A stretch of 64,000 nucleotides of DNA. Origin: Octopus vulgaris. Taxonomy: Eukaryota. The translations under genes were made by a program, and so were the position numbers. A model generated the notes under the pieces. That model was not told the DNA's origin. It was given only the letters and a program-made list of their open reading frames with translations, and did not search any database. This document shows, piece by piece, positions 14,670 to 28,259 of the stretch (positions within the stretch are counted from its first letter, which is position 1; each line of letters opens with the position of its first letter). Where the stretch lies: positions 22,568,001-22,632,000 of the forward strand of contig OX597814.1 in assembly GCA_951406725.2 (NCBI GenBank), read 5' to 3'.

Positions 14670-17117
14670 TATATTCGTCGTATCTTAGAATATAAATAAT
14701 TCTTGACAATTGGGTTTTGACTGTCGCCTTTTCGAACGGTTGGACATTTTCTTTTTTCGTTATATATTGTAAACCTGAATTATTTCAGTTGCACCCACAG
14801 AGAATAATATAAGTTTGTCGTTAGAAAGTTTTTGAACTTCAATAAAACTCAATATGTTTTGAGGATAAAGGAAACTTTTACGTATATTTTCATATTACAT
14901 GAATTAAAGTGACAGCTCAGCAGTAGTCAATATATCAATAATCAGATGCAAATGATTGGGCGTGTATGTTGGCAGAAATATTTTGGCTACATTACAAGTA
15001 CGTTTTTTTAAAAACTGTAACAAGTTTCTGTACGAAATAATTGTACATTTATATATTTATTAAAGGTTGTTGTAATTTTAGAACATATTTAATTGTGCCT
15101 AACATTCCCAAAAGTTGTTATACTTTGTGAAGTTAATGAAACGATGAAAATAATTAGTTTGTAAATGCTATGTTCCATTAAAGAACCAAGTAAAAATAAA
15201 AAAAAAGTAGAACAACCATCAGTAACGTGCAATTTTACTGGTTTGGTTCTACTGATAAAACAGATCTTTTCTTGAAATCAGTACAAGTTATCAATGATAG
15301 AAATTAGTTGATGATGCTCTTGATCTCCTACCATTTTTAAGTTCAAAGGAAATTTGATGAATCTCATTAACACAATCTTTTTTGAAATATCACGTAAATA
15401 GTAAGATAAAGGCAGTCAATCTGGCAACCTATAATGAAACCTATCGATTTAGCTAATTAGTCGGATATATGTTTTGAACAGAAGGTCGATTGTAATTGCA
15501 AAAAATCAAACATTTAGAAAATTGATTGCTTTGTGAAAACAACAGAAAAGAAAAAAGAAGTAAAGCCTAGAAAGGCAAGATATTGTTAAATATCATATTT
15601 CAAACCTGACACGTCTCAGTGATCTGGAAACAAAGAGTGGTTCATTCTAAAAATGATGTATTCTTACGAGCTTTATTATTGATATTTTGACCAGTTTCAA
15701 GTTGTCCAGTTATTATATAAAAGAGTAAGATCAATGAAGTTGAACCCAATACATTGTTGCAATGTGGCTCTAGGTTGAAATCAATTCACTTCTACCCTCG
15801 TAACTGGTCAAGAAAATCATGAACAGTACTATGTCTGAAAAGATTTTGGCAAATTTAAAGAGACATAGATTATATGACATTTATTGCATCTTCCATTTTG
15901 ACGTAGAAAGTAAAAATCAATATATCGTCAAGTCATGTGTTTACGAATAAATGCAGCTAAATTTGTTTATCTAGAGATCCGAGAGGACTACACTAATATG
16001 GAATAACATTTACGTGATCTTCTGAATTTAGAAACGAATTAAACGTATAATGTTCAACAACTTTTTGTTGTTTGCAACAATTAAGCATTACAGGACAGTT
16101 TTGAAAATAACTATATGACAGAAATTCAATAATATAAATGCGATGGCAATTGTCTGGGGAAAATAGTTTTGAAACTCTTCCTCTCTGTACTAAAACGTGA
16201 CAAACATCGTCAGAAAATTTTATATACTTCAAACATTTCTTGCACTAATAATTACATTACAGTTTATAGTTTAATTGGTATTTTGATTAACATCCCAGGT
16301 TATACATTATAATTATTAGCTATGTATATAATATAAGTTAGAAAAATCGCAGGTAAAAAGACAGCACAATAATACAGTATTTACACCTGAAGTATGTTAT
16401 CATAACATTAATATAAATGAGGTTTTTATGTAAAATACCTGACTTAAATGAAGCAATTTTTTGATTTGTATGGGAAAAATGCGCAATATATTTCATATCT
16501 TTAAATACCGTCGGCAAGAAATACAATGACTAGAATAATTCCGGCATAATCCACTATAAATACAGTATATAGAAATATTTTCAGAAAAGCATTCATTAAT
16601 TGTTTAAAAATTAATTGCGTGCTTTAGTACTTCGTATATCATGAAATGTCAAACTAATATTTCTGAAAACATTTTGATATTTACTTGAATAATTAAAGCC
16701 TAATATTTTCCCATACGTGAATAACAGTATAAACAACGCGTGTATATAAGTTAACATTTCAATACATACACATGGTACAATAAACAATAATATTTCTTCG
16801 GGAATTTTGTTAACTTTTTAGATAGGTAATGCCATCCTTTTGTTTATTCCCGCAAGACATTTATGCGTATAGAAATAAGTTTTATTGATAAGTTGTGTGT
16901 TTTCTATAATTATATTATATTTTTGTGAATTTATAGCAATCACTGTCACTTCAAAAGTGATTCGGTGAGAATGAAGGTTATTGGGATCCTGAGGGAATCG
17001 CAGATCTTTTGAAGTTGGGCTGCGATAAAATCGTGGGCTTGTATGTTCGTGTATATTTCTTTAGGCTCTGTATTCAAGGTAAACGTGCGTAGCCGCTGGA
17101 TAAGGTAGTATGTTAAA

Positions 17118-17162
<45 letters not shown>

Positions 17163-17326
17163 GTGATGTGAAGAAGAAGAAAAGAAGCAGCAGCAGCAGC
17201 AGCAGAAGAAGAAGAAGAAGAAGAAGAAGAAAAGAAGCAGCAGCAGCAGCAGCAGAAGAAGAAGAAGAAGAAGAAGAAGAAGAAGAAGAAGAAGAAGAAG
17301 AAGAAGAAGAAGAAGAAGAAGAAGAA
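17118..17326. repeat. Compound (GAT)n(GAA)n(GCA)n microsatellite
   Basis: Directly visible; explains ORFs at 16946-17404. Confidence 0.95.
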
Positions 17327-17846
17327 ATTTGGCAGGAAGAGGGTAGTCGACTGGTACATGATGCTATTGCCATCGAAAGAATGTTATTGCCATCGAACGA
17401 ATGAAAGACAAAGTTGACAGCGGTGGTATTTCAACTCTGAATATAAAGTGCATGAAGTATAGTTTGTAAGCATTTGTTCGACGCGCTAATGATGTTGCTA
17501 GTTTGGCTCCCGAATGATAATAACAATAACAACAATGATAGTTTATTATTCAATCACAAGATTATCTATTTTGAGGGAATGGGTGTTGTCGAGGAAAAAA
17601 ATACCATTTTGAAATGTTTTAACTGGGGAAGTTCTCACATAATTTGATTCATTCGGTAGTATATATTACGCAGACCTGAAATATGCGTATTAAATAATTT
17701 CAAATTTCAAAATATCACTGATTTCATTATTACATATACATACATAATACATGCATACATACATACATGTATATATATATATATATATACATACATACAT
17801 ACATAAATTTAATAAAGTAATATTGCCATTATTAAATATAATAATG

Positions 17847-17917
<71 letters not shown>

Positions 17918-17919
<2 letters not shown>

Positions 17920-18353
17920 TAGATAGAGAAATTAAGGCCAACAGACCAGATATAGTTGTCAGAGATCATGAAGAAAAAAATGCTTTCTAATTGATGTATC
18001 AATACCGGCTGATGACAACGTGTCTCTAAAAGAAATGGAGAAACTCTCAAAATACAAAGACCTGGAAATAGAGGTAACTAGAATGTGGAATCTGAAAACA
18101 GAAACAATTCCTATCATAGTAGGTGCATTAGGCATGATAAAAAAATATTCAGACAAATACATAACAAAAACACCAGGACTTACAAACACATATAACATAC
18201 AGAAAATTGCACTACTAGGCACTGCACACATCCTACGCAGAACACTTTCCATACAATAACCATCAGAGCATCACAACAAATCACAGCACATACCCAAGGC
18301 ACACAGAGCTGTGCTCGGTAGTGAAGTGAAAGCACGCTATAAAAATAAAACTA

Positions 18354-18356
<3 letters not shown>
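17918..18356 (+). mobile_element. 5'-truncated R4/Dong-type RLE LINE inserted in (TAA)n
   Basis: DREIKANRPDIVVRD..FLIDVSIP..KLSKYKDLEIEVTRMW..PIIVGALG (PD-(D/E)xK RLE C-terminus); (TAA)n at ~17840-17917 and 18357-18457. Confidence 0.92.
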
Positions 18357-18445
<89 letters not shown>

Positions 18446-18947
18446 TAATAATAATAAGCGAACCAGCAAGCTTAATCCAAGTAGGCAAAATGTATACAAA
18501 TAAATTCGGGTACCGAAATACCAGCTTGCTAGAAATAGGAGTTAACACCTCAAAGCCGCAAATTTCACGTAATGAATAAACACACACAGTTAATGTAGCA
18601 AAAAAATAGGCCTAATGTTATAATAAAGAAAGCTGCTTATTACTTATCTACCAAATAAACTACGTCTTTGATTCAACAACTTTTTTTTACAACTAAAATA
18701 ACCTTGGCAACTAGGTTGGGTCGCACAGTTTTGAGTTCACTTTTGGACAATATTTTGATTTGCTTCTAATGTATCACTTTCGTCCGATGTTTCACACATG
18801 AGTAGAATTCCACTCAGACAAACATTTATGAAAATCTTCACATAAATATTATATTAAAATAAGCCACAACCAAAGAAATTGCATTAAAAGACATCAATAT
18901 TTCAATATGTTATGCGAAAATACAGCCTCACTCTCTCTTACTCACTC

Positions 18948-18981
<34 letters not shown>

Positions 18982-19099
18982 GCTCTCTCACACAGATAAA
19001 AGATGTATGCATGTGTATTTATGAGCGAAGGTCAAGAATACTCAGTCCCTCTGTTTAGGGTTACGCCGAAAACGGGTGGAGTGCGTATTCTTTACCTCT

Positions 19100-19135
19100 G
19101 CCTATTAATGTACGTGTATATGAAAGATAATGTAT

Positions 19136-19174
<39 letters not shown>

Positions 19175-20634
19175 TGAGTGACACTTCCACATACATGTAA
19201 AAAATGTTCATACATCACAACACACACCTTCACTCAATATGTCTCTCTTTCTCTCTCACACACACTCGTCCATTTCATATACACGTACATCTTACACTTT
19301 CTCCTCTCTTTCACATTCTCCTCTCATTTCAAAGCAAGTGTCGCCTTTTCGGTTTATCCTCTCTTTCAATTTCTGTTCTCTTCAAAGCATACAGAAATTA
19401 AAACAATTTTCCGGAAATTAACAAATGATCATATGATCCCATATATGTCGAGTTGACAACTTTGCTTCTTCAAATGAAAGAATTCCATAAAATAACTTCC
19501 TTTGACACACACACATGCGTACACACACTCTAGGTAAAAGTTCTGTGCGTATTATGTTAATCCTTGCAGTGTGCACGTGCAAATTTACAGCTCAAGCCCA
19601 AATGAAATGATCTTGTGTAATTTATGTTTGTGATGAGAGTATTTAAAAACATGATCTTCAATATAAACTCAAAAGAAAGTTTTCCCAGAAATCCTGTCCT
19701 TTACCTCTTCTTTCTAGCATATACGAGGTGACATTTCCGTTCCCACTTATTTTTTTCCTAAATTTCTTCCGATTCCTATGTTTGCGATGCAGGAGATTAG
19801 GATTTAACCCACAAAACACTTTCTCCCTCACTACACCAAATTAATTTTTAACTTTTTTCAAATTTTTATTCTCGGTAATCCATGGAGAAAAAAGAGAGTG
19901 CGAATCTTTAAGGATTTTACCCATCACCCCAACACTTTCAAAAAGCTACTCACTCCCAATGTTTCACTTTTAGCTTTTTGGAAAGCAGGGTAATTTCTTC
20001 AGAAAAAAATATCGATTACCTGTTGTTTCTAGCATGTCGGGTTTTCTAGAGGTGGTCCGGTATTTTTTAGGTCTACTATTTCAGTAGAATTCTACGTTTG
20101 CGGGAAACATTAGACAAAAGTGAAAGATTGTGAGATTTTAGCTTTTTGAAAGCTAGTAGATGTTGGTGGGCGAGGTGGAGAAGGGGCATTGAGTGTTTCT
20201 TTAAGAAAAATTAAACTATAATACAAACACACACACACATGCACACACACATTTCCCAGATTCGTAATCTTCGCACTTATCTACGTAGATAATAATAAGA
20301 AAAGAAAATGATTGAAAAAAGTTACAAATTAAGAAATTGCGATGGGGATAGAGGGAAAATAAAATTTTGAAAATGTGATTTCCGGACAAAATCATATTAA
20401 CTCCCTTTTATACGATGAAACAATACATATTCTCTGATCGTTCTTAAGAACAGAAAGTGCTTTCATGCAAACCCATGCAAATTGTACCTTCGCTCTTCAC
20501 TATTAAACAAGAAATATCTTTCATTATTCCCTTAACTATATATCAGCTGTGCCAATTCTACCCATTAGAACGAGCAAATGATACAATGTACTTTTAAGTC
20601 ATAAGACCCAGGCAACGCCGGGATGCATTGCTAG
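19100..20634 (+). mobile_element. Non-autonomous Helitron (3' end clear, 5' end approximate)
   Basis: Subterminal hairpin cccaggc-aac-gccggg at 20607-20622, then CTAG|T at 20631-20635; 5' boundary is a guess. Confidence 0.6.
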
Positions 20635-20684
20635 TGTATATATATATATTATACTGGAATAATTACTGTGAAGTATTCTGTAGA

Positions 20685-20972
20685 ATATATTGTATAAAAG
20701 GTCGTGGGTAAGGCCAAAACAATGCAAAGTAAATGCAAGGTAACTCACAAGAAAACAAATATGTGAATTAATGTAGACTTACCTTGTATTCAATATTTCG
20801 GGGTTTTGACACCATTTTCAACATATGTCAAGTTCTTGAAAATGGTGTCGTAACCTCGAAATATGGAATACAAATTAAGTCTACATTAATTCATGTATTT
20901 GTTTTCTTGTTATTTACCTTGCAATTACTTCGCAATGTTTTGGCCTTACTCACGTTCTTTTATACAATATAT
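20685..20972. repeat. Foldback, ~137-bp imperfect arms with 14-nt loop
   Basis: 20685-20821 is the reverse complement of 20836-20972; flanked by TA-rich sequence. Confidence 0.9.
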
Positions 20973-21231
20973 ATATATATATATATAGTCAAAAATTGTG
21001 AAGCATGACTGTCACCACTACTACATGAACCCGAAGATTGCAGAATTCAATGCATGAAAGTACTAGTTCAATCAGAATGAACATTTAACATTCTACTATT
21101 TCATTTTATTTTATTCAATTATAATATATTATCTTATAATATATCATTATAAGATTGTAAATAAAACGTGAAAATCAGACAAGGTTGGAATTCCTTTTAT
21201 TAATATATTCTTCTATACACAATCACACACA

Positions 21232-21285
<54 letters not shown>

Positions 21286-22699
21286 AAGGCGAGAGTATAC
21301 TCATAGAAGATGCGTAAGTGTTCTGTTTACTGAATATAAGTTTAAACCAAATCATGTTGTCTCTTAACCAGTATTATCAATAGAATTCAAGCTTTAATCA
21401 TAAAAACACACGTATATGGTCATTGACTGAGACTACTCAAATTATGGTAATTTTTAGTTTTAGAAATAAGAAGCCAATACACTTAGACCCCGCTCCCAAA
21501 CTATTGCCGTCGAGGAGATACTTGCGATATAATTAGCAATTAATGTATTAATGTTTTTTCTTATAATTAATTGTTGTCTTATAATTAATTTCATTCGTAC
21601 TTAGATGGAGCTACAGCCTTCTATGATATGTAAAAATATTCCATGTTAGTTTCAAAATATATTTCTTTAGTAAATTGAGAACAAAATGTATCTTTCTCTA
21701 GCTTGGTATCTCAAAGGTGTTCATTGCTTTCCAACTTTACGACTATAATCTATTTACTAACACATTGCTTCAAGCAAATTTGTTCGTAGCCGATAGCCTG
21801 AACTAATAATTCGTATAGTTCCGCTCTTGAAGTACGGTGTTTTATATTATTGTTACGTCTGCAAGTAGACAAAGAGTATAAACCCATGAAGATAAATGTA
21901 GCGTTATTGTCAACATCTATATAACAGAAGAATGTATAACAGTATCTTATCATTTGTATCAAGAGTATTTGGAAAAGGTATTAAAACAAATGATCAAAGC
22001 TAGATGTCTTTTGGGATGACTGGCTTTGGTTTAATTGTTTATACATTTCATATCAATGACGTTTCCCAATCAATATTCAATATTATAGGATCAGTATGAA
22101 TGCAAGACTGGAGTGCGGTCTAGTAGGTGTGTTACAGCATTACTTGTGATTTTACAAAGTTCTGTGTTTTAATTTCCCTCGGTTAAAAGTTTGGCTTTCT
22201 TTCGTCCTGTTTTCCATTCAGTGAGTATCAACGATATAACGAGGTTACAGTAAACGACTACACTTTTTCATCAGAACCCATACCCTTGCACTAGTGAAAA
22301 CAAACTTTTAATGCTAGTGTTTGTAATATCGTGTGAATGGTGGAAGTAGAGAAAACGACAAATAATCACACATGTAAAAGTTATATTACATTTGCATTGA
22401 ATATAGATTTATAAAACTTGTGTTTTTATTAATGCTCTTTTAATCAACTCACATGCATTTACACATATACATAAGCAGAATATATTTACTCAACATACTC
22501 GAGAACATTTACATATATACAAATAATATATTCCGAGAATAATACGGAAGATATTACTTTCAGTTTAGTTCCTTCTATTGATCCAGTATTGACTATCTTT
22601 TCTTTCTATGTTACTCTCAATATAAACATATATCACCTAACATTCTTTCTGTTTCCAAAGTATCAAATATACATACATGCATGCACACATGCACACACG

Positions 22700-22790
22700 T
22701 ACACACATACATACATACATACATACATACATACATACATACATACATACATACATACATACATACATACATGCATGCATGCATACATAA
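22700..22790. repeat. (CATA)n microsatellite
   Basis: Directly visible. Confidence 0.95.
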
Positions 22791-23284
22791 AATAAATACA
22801 TATAAATATGAGTAGTGAGTGTGTGTATATAAAATGTGTATACGTATGTTTACTTGTGTATGCAAACACTTCTGTATCTGTGCATATGTGCGAAGACTGC
22901 AAATTGTGGTTTAAGTTACCATACGCACGAGATCCTACCTATCTCCATGTATAATATTTACGCTAAAATATAAATAAATCTACTACATGCGTTTACATAA
23001 AGAAATAAATGAATATATGTATGCATGTAAATAACTATCTTTCCGTGTATCTATTCATCTCTCTCTCTCTCAAAGGTTCTCTTTCTCTGCATCTCTCTCT
23101 CTCTCTCAAAGGTTCTCTTTCTCTGCATCTCTCTCTCTCTCTCTCACTGTATATTTATATATACATATATATATACAGACATATATAGGTAGATATATAA
23201 TATGTATGTATACTATTCTACCTAGCTTTCTATCGATCTATATGTCTTTCCCTCTTCTATTTTGTCTGTGTGTGTGCGCGCGCG

Positions 23285-23562
<278 letters not shown>

Positions 23563-24419
23563 CGATTTTGCTATGTAACATGTTTGTCTTAAAAGTTATA
23601 ATTTTCTGTAAAACAGAAAAAAAAATCCTGCCTTTCCAGATTTCAATAAACAAGTGAATTAAATACACGCATAGCATTTGGTATGCATTAATCGTCTTGA
23701 GTATTTGACAAGTGTGGCACTGCCTCTGATATCAGAATACGAAATAACTATTCCAAACGATAAATGTTTCAGAGATCTATCATTATTGATTCTTTCGGCA
23801 ATTAAATCACATCTTGCTGCATTTAATTTTCATTCCATTTCTTCTTGTCCCTTCAATTGTGTATTCGCACAATTTTGTAACCTTTCTGAATTCTAAGTAT
23901 ATCTCAGTTTTGGAACCACAACATAAAGTTAAAGGCTAAATCTTTTCTGATTTTGATGCTATCAATCATTTGTAGCAACGATGCTACTTTCTCTAAAATG
24001 TACATTTTAAATTTGTTTGTCTTTAATAGAAAAGTAACTGAAAAATTGAAGAAAACAGAATCTGAGTGATTGCTTCTCTTAAATTTGGATTTCTGCCTAA
24101 TATATTACGAAACAATTTAAAATAATATATTTGTACTGTTTCCTTGACGAAGTAAATGTCTTGCAGTTTAAAAAAAAATTATGGCTACATCTTCTGGCAG
24201 GTTAATTGAAGCTAAGAGAAAATAAAAGTAAATATAGGCCAAAACACTTTAGAATTAACATGTATAAAGTTTGTAAAGATTTGAGTATATAAAATCGACT
24301 GCTTTCGTACATTATTTTGTTTGTAAAAATGTAGAATCTGTCTATCCATGTCTCCCTCTCTCCATTCTCTGTTTCTCTCTATTCCTCTCTCTCTCTTTCT
24401 CTCTCTTTCTCTCTCTTCC

Positions 24420-25535
24420 ACACAGCTCCATATGGCTGGGTTTTGAAACAATTGCTTGACCATTCAGATGTCAGCGTGATATACCTTGACTTTGCAAAGG
24501 AATTTGATAAGGTAGATCATGGCATGCTATGTTGTAAGCTGAGAGATTTTGGCACTACTAGTAAACTGGGACAGTGGATGCATGACTTCGTTAATGACAG
24601 AAGTCAGGCAGTTGCAGCCAATGGTGCCCTTTTGAGGGAACTCAAATCCTAAATGGCGTCCCCCGGGGAACTGTTCTGGGGCCATTACTGTTCAGAATAA
24701 CTCTCTTAGACATGCCCACGGTCAATCAGACAGCCACTGTCACTTGCTATGCCGATGATACGAAATTATCACAGGCAATAAAGAATTATGATGACGTCGC
24801 AAGATTACAGCGGGACCTGAATTCGATATACAAGTGGAACGAAGTAAACAGCATACAGTTTAATACTGGAAATTTTCAAGCACTGCACTATCAGGTCACA
24901 AATGCACTATAACCCTCATACACAGGACTCGAAGGCACTGCAGTCCCAGAGTCACAGAAAGTGAAAGACTTGGAGATCAGTATTTGCAATTATGCATCAT
25001 TTTATATGCACATTACCAAGATGGTAGCAAAGTGGCAGACAACTGGCAGGATGGATATTAATGTCCTTGAAGACAAGAGACCAAGAAACTATGCTGGCCC
25101 TATGGGGAACCTTTGTTCTCAGCTGTCTAGACTACTGCTCCTAATTATGGTCACCACATAGTGCCAAACCAAACTAACAGCGGATCTTGAAGCAGTCCAA
25201 CGCCACTACACTAAAAGGATTGAAACAGAGCAGTGGATGAGCTACAAGGAGAGGCTGAAAAAACTGCAACTTTACTCCCTGAAGCCAAGACGCGACATAT
25301 ATGTAATAATCTACATATGGAAATCTCTAGAAGAGCTAGTACCTAATTTCGACATTGAGAGTTATACAAATTCCAGAATTGGCCGACATTGTATTGTACC
25401 AAATGTACCATCTACACCATCTAAATTGAGGACCAGGTACTGCAATAGCCTAGGATTCAAAGGCCCAAATCTCTTCAATGCCCTGCCACAAAAATGAAGA
25501 AATCTGCATAAGGTGGAAGAAGATGTCTTCAAAAA
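24420..25535 (+). mobile_element. Degraded CR1-group LINE, RT domain to C-terminus
   Basis: VIYLDFAKEFDKVDH, GVPRGTVLGPLLF, YADDTK, LQRDLNSIYKW, SYKERLKKLQLYSL, FNALP across several broken ORFs. Confidence 0.93.
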
Positions 25536-25568
25536 GTGTACGTAGGCCGCTATATTTTATGTATAAAA

Positions 25569-25969
25569 AATACAAAAATGGGACAAGAACGCAAAACATC
25601 CAGATAGACGATACAAGGAAAACAAGAACGGGTCATTCGGAGTTTTCTATCCTCAGTCGAGTTCCAGATTATCTTTGCAATTTCGGTTGGTTATACTCGA
25701 GATTGCTCCAATCCTAATAATTGCATTTGTATTTGTGTACATTTCTCTGCTTTTTTCTGTCCTTGTTTTCGTATACATTCGCTGTTTTCTTCCAAGGAAT
25801 CTAATGCTCTTGGCTTAGTTTTTCCTTGGGGCTGGCCAGATTGGAGCAATCTCGAGTATAACCAGCCGAAATCTGGAACTCGGCTGAGAATAGAAAACTC
25901 CGAATGACTCGTCCTTGTTTTCTTTGAATGTTATGTCTGGATGTTTTGCGTTCTTGTCCCATTTTTGTA

Positions 25970-25971
<2 letters not shown>
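25569..25971. mobile_element. Foldback of a PLE-like terminus (inverted arms of ~130-145 bp)
   Basis: 25569-25713 is the reverse complement of 25839-25971, with one indel; carries a ccaga...GAAA...tctgg...CTGAG(G/A)A arrangement like 4233-4300. Confidence 0.6.
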
Positions 25972-26001
<30 letters not shown>

Positions 26002-26894
26002 TGGGCTTTCGACTTTATAAAATGTTGAGAAATCATATCTATTTATCATGTTTGTTTCAGATAACGAAACGTAGGTTGATTATTCGATTGACTTACATAT
26101 TTGTATTCTTAAGACATAAATATATTCATTTTCATGCAAATTGAGATCTATACACCCTAAGAAATATTTTCTAATTTTTGAAAGCCTTATTAGTTGTTGA
26201 TAAGTTACTAAGATGAAACTAATTTTTGCATCATTGATTGTCCATATATTCGAATTATCATGCAAAAGAATTCTTTCATCAAAGTTAATTTAAGAAAACT
26301 GTGTAACTGTAAAGTATCAAGTAAAATAATGAAACATTCATACAGAATTAGTTACGCTGTTTCATGGTCACTAGATTGTAAATATCAACAGAAAAGATTA
26401 CTAAAGGCTAGACACAGTTAATACCTTCCAACAAATATATGATAGATGAGGCAGGAAGTAGAGATGGCGCATGTAGTAGGAAAAATATCGATCATATGTG
26501 GTCAATGGTAGTTGTGCGAAAACTACTGTTTCTGAAATAACATTGTTGAACAAAATATTTATATTTTTTGTTTAGGTTGAAAATCATATTAAAGACTACG
26601 ACTAGGTCCAAGGTTAATACAAGTTTTTGATTGGAAGCTATTCAGTTCATGGTTTTTGTCAGGAAGTATGGGGATTACTTCAGAAAAATGGCAAATCATA
26701 GAAGGAAATCATGTCGACTCTTTGTGCAGAAACGAACATTTACTAACTTTTCAAGATGTAATTTCCTGTAAGTAATTGATGACAGCAATCATACTCAAAA
26801 TAATGACCTTAATTTACATAGAATCATTGACTAGAGGTTTGGGTTTGAATCAAAACACTTTAAAATAATTCAAAACCACTTCAAGTTCCTTCAG

Positions 26895-27345
26895 TCGCGA
26901 TTTGAGCTTATGATGCCGGTAGATAATGTTGGAACAGTGGTGGTGTGGCGTGCGTACCTGTTCAAGGAGGAAGCGCTCCGTCAGCTTCGGAACCCCATAT
27001 TCTATCGCCTCCTCCCCTCCGACCTCACCCTCTCCAACCAGCAGTGTGTGCACTCCACCATCCATGATCTCGTCTCATCTTCTGCTCCTCCTACTGCCAC
27101 CAACCTCATCGCCGGAACACACCGTACCTCGATATCTATTTCCTTTCCAAAATATACAAACCCTACATCCCCGGCCGTCACATTATTTCCACCTGTAACT
27201 ACCCCACAGAATTCATCTCCAAATATCTCGACCTCATACTTTCCTCTCTAGTCGCTACTCTCCCGTCTCATACATATGACACCAGCCCTTCACTTCTTCA
27301 ATTCATTTTCCTTCCCTCCCGGTCCTTCACGCCTCTTTTTCACTA
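26895..27345 (+). mobile_element. Penelope-like RT N-terminal fragment (pseudogene)
   Basis: PVDNVGTVVVWRAYLFKEEALRQL..FY..LPSDLT (compare PADKG..VV), then after a frameshift IYFLSKIYKPYIPGRHIISTCNYPTEFISKYLD (compare LPK.HK...P.RPI.S). Confidence 0.88.
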
Positions 27346-27688
27346 TATACATGAACATTTAGGTATATAGATATATAGACATACTAATTATAGAATATAG
27401 ATAAAAATAATAGTGCTAGATAAAAAAAAAACGTTTTTAAAAATATTTTAAATATAGTATAGTAATAGACATCAATAAGAGTTTTGGAGTTACATGTTAG
27501 AAGAGTACACTCTATTTTGGGGTACTCTATTTCTTCATGTAACCCAAAACTCTTATTAATGCCTATTACTATACCATATTTTAAATCTTTTTAAAAAACG
27601 GTTTTTTTTTCTATATTCCACTATTATATTTATCTATATTCTATTATTAGTATGTTTATATATCTATATACCTATATGTCCATGTATA
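27345..27688. repeat. Foldback, ~165-bp imperfect arms
   Basis: 27345-27509 is approximately the reverse complement of 27523-27688; abuts the PLE RT fragment. Confidence 0.85.
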
Positions 27689-27861
27689 TTTTTAGTATTT
27701 ATATATTTTTATGTCTCTAATATATCAATATATTTCAGTTCGGACAATCCTTATTTTATCTTACCTAACCCGTATATGTATGTGTTTATCGTAGTCTGCC
27801 TGATTTGAACTTTTTACATTCTATCTTTTTCCATTTTATCCATTCTATACTTATATATATA

Positions 27862-28259
27862 CTAGCAGTATCGCCCGGTGTTGCTCGGGTTTGTAAGGGA
27901 AATAACTATATAAGCATTTTTAGAGAGTTATAGCCAAAAAATAGCAAAAAATGCATTCAAAATGGAAAAAAAATGATGGTAAATTTTTTTTTAAATCGTT
28001 GACTCATCGTAGACATTTTTAGAGAGTCACTTCCCTTATATAATAGCGAAAGAAATGCATTAAAATGGAAAAAAATGATGGTAAATTATTTTTTAAATCG
28101 TAGATTCATCGTACACGCGCGCTAATACCCAGAAGGGCTCGATATGAATCACGACTATAAGATACCCGCTTTTGGTTACACTGCACCGCAAAATGTGGGA
28201 GTAGTTAGGAATCTAAATCGTAGGAGACAGACACACAACTTGACTTTTATATATAAAGA
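27862..28259 (-). mobile_element. Complete non-autonomous Helitron (~400 bp)
   Basis: Minus strand: A|TCTTTATATATAAAAG 5' end; cccgagc-aaca-ccggg imperfect hairpin then CTAG|T 3' end; internal ~105-bp-period duplication. Confidence 0.9.
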
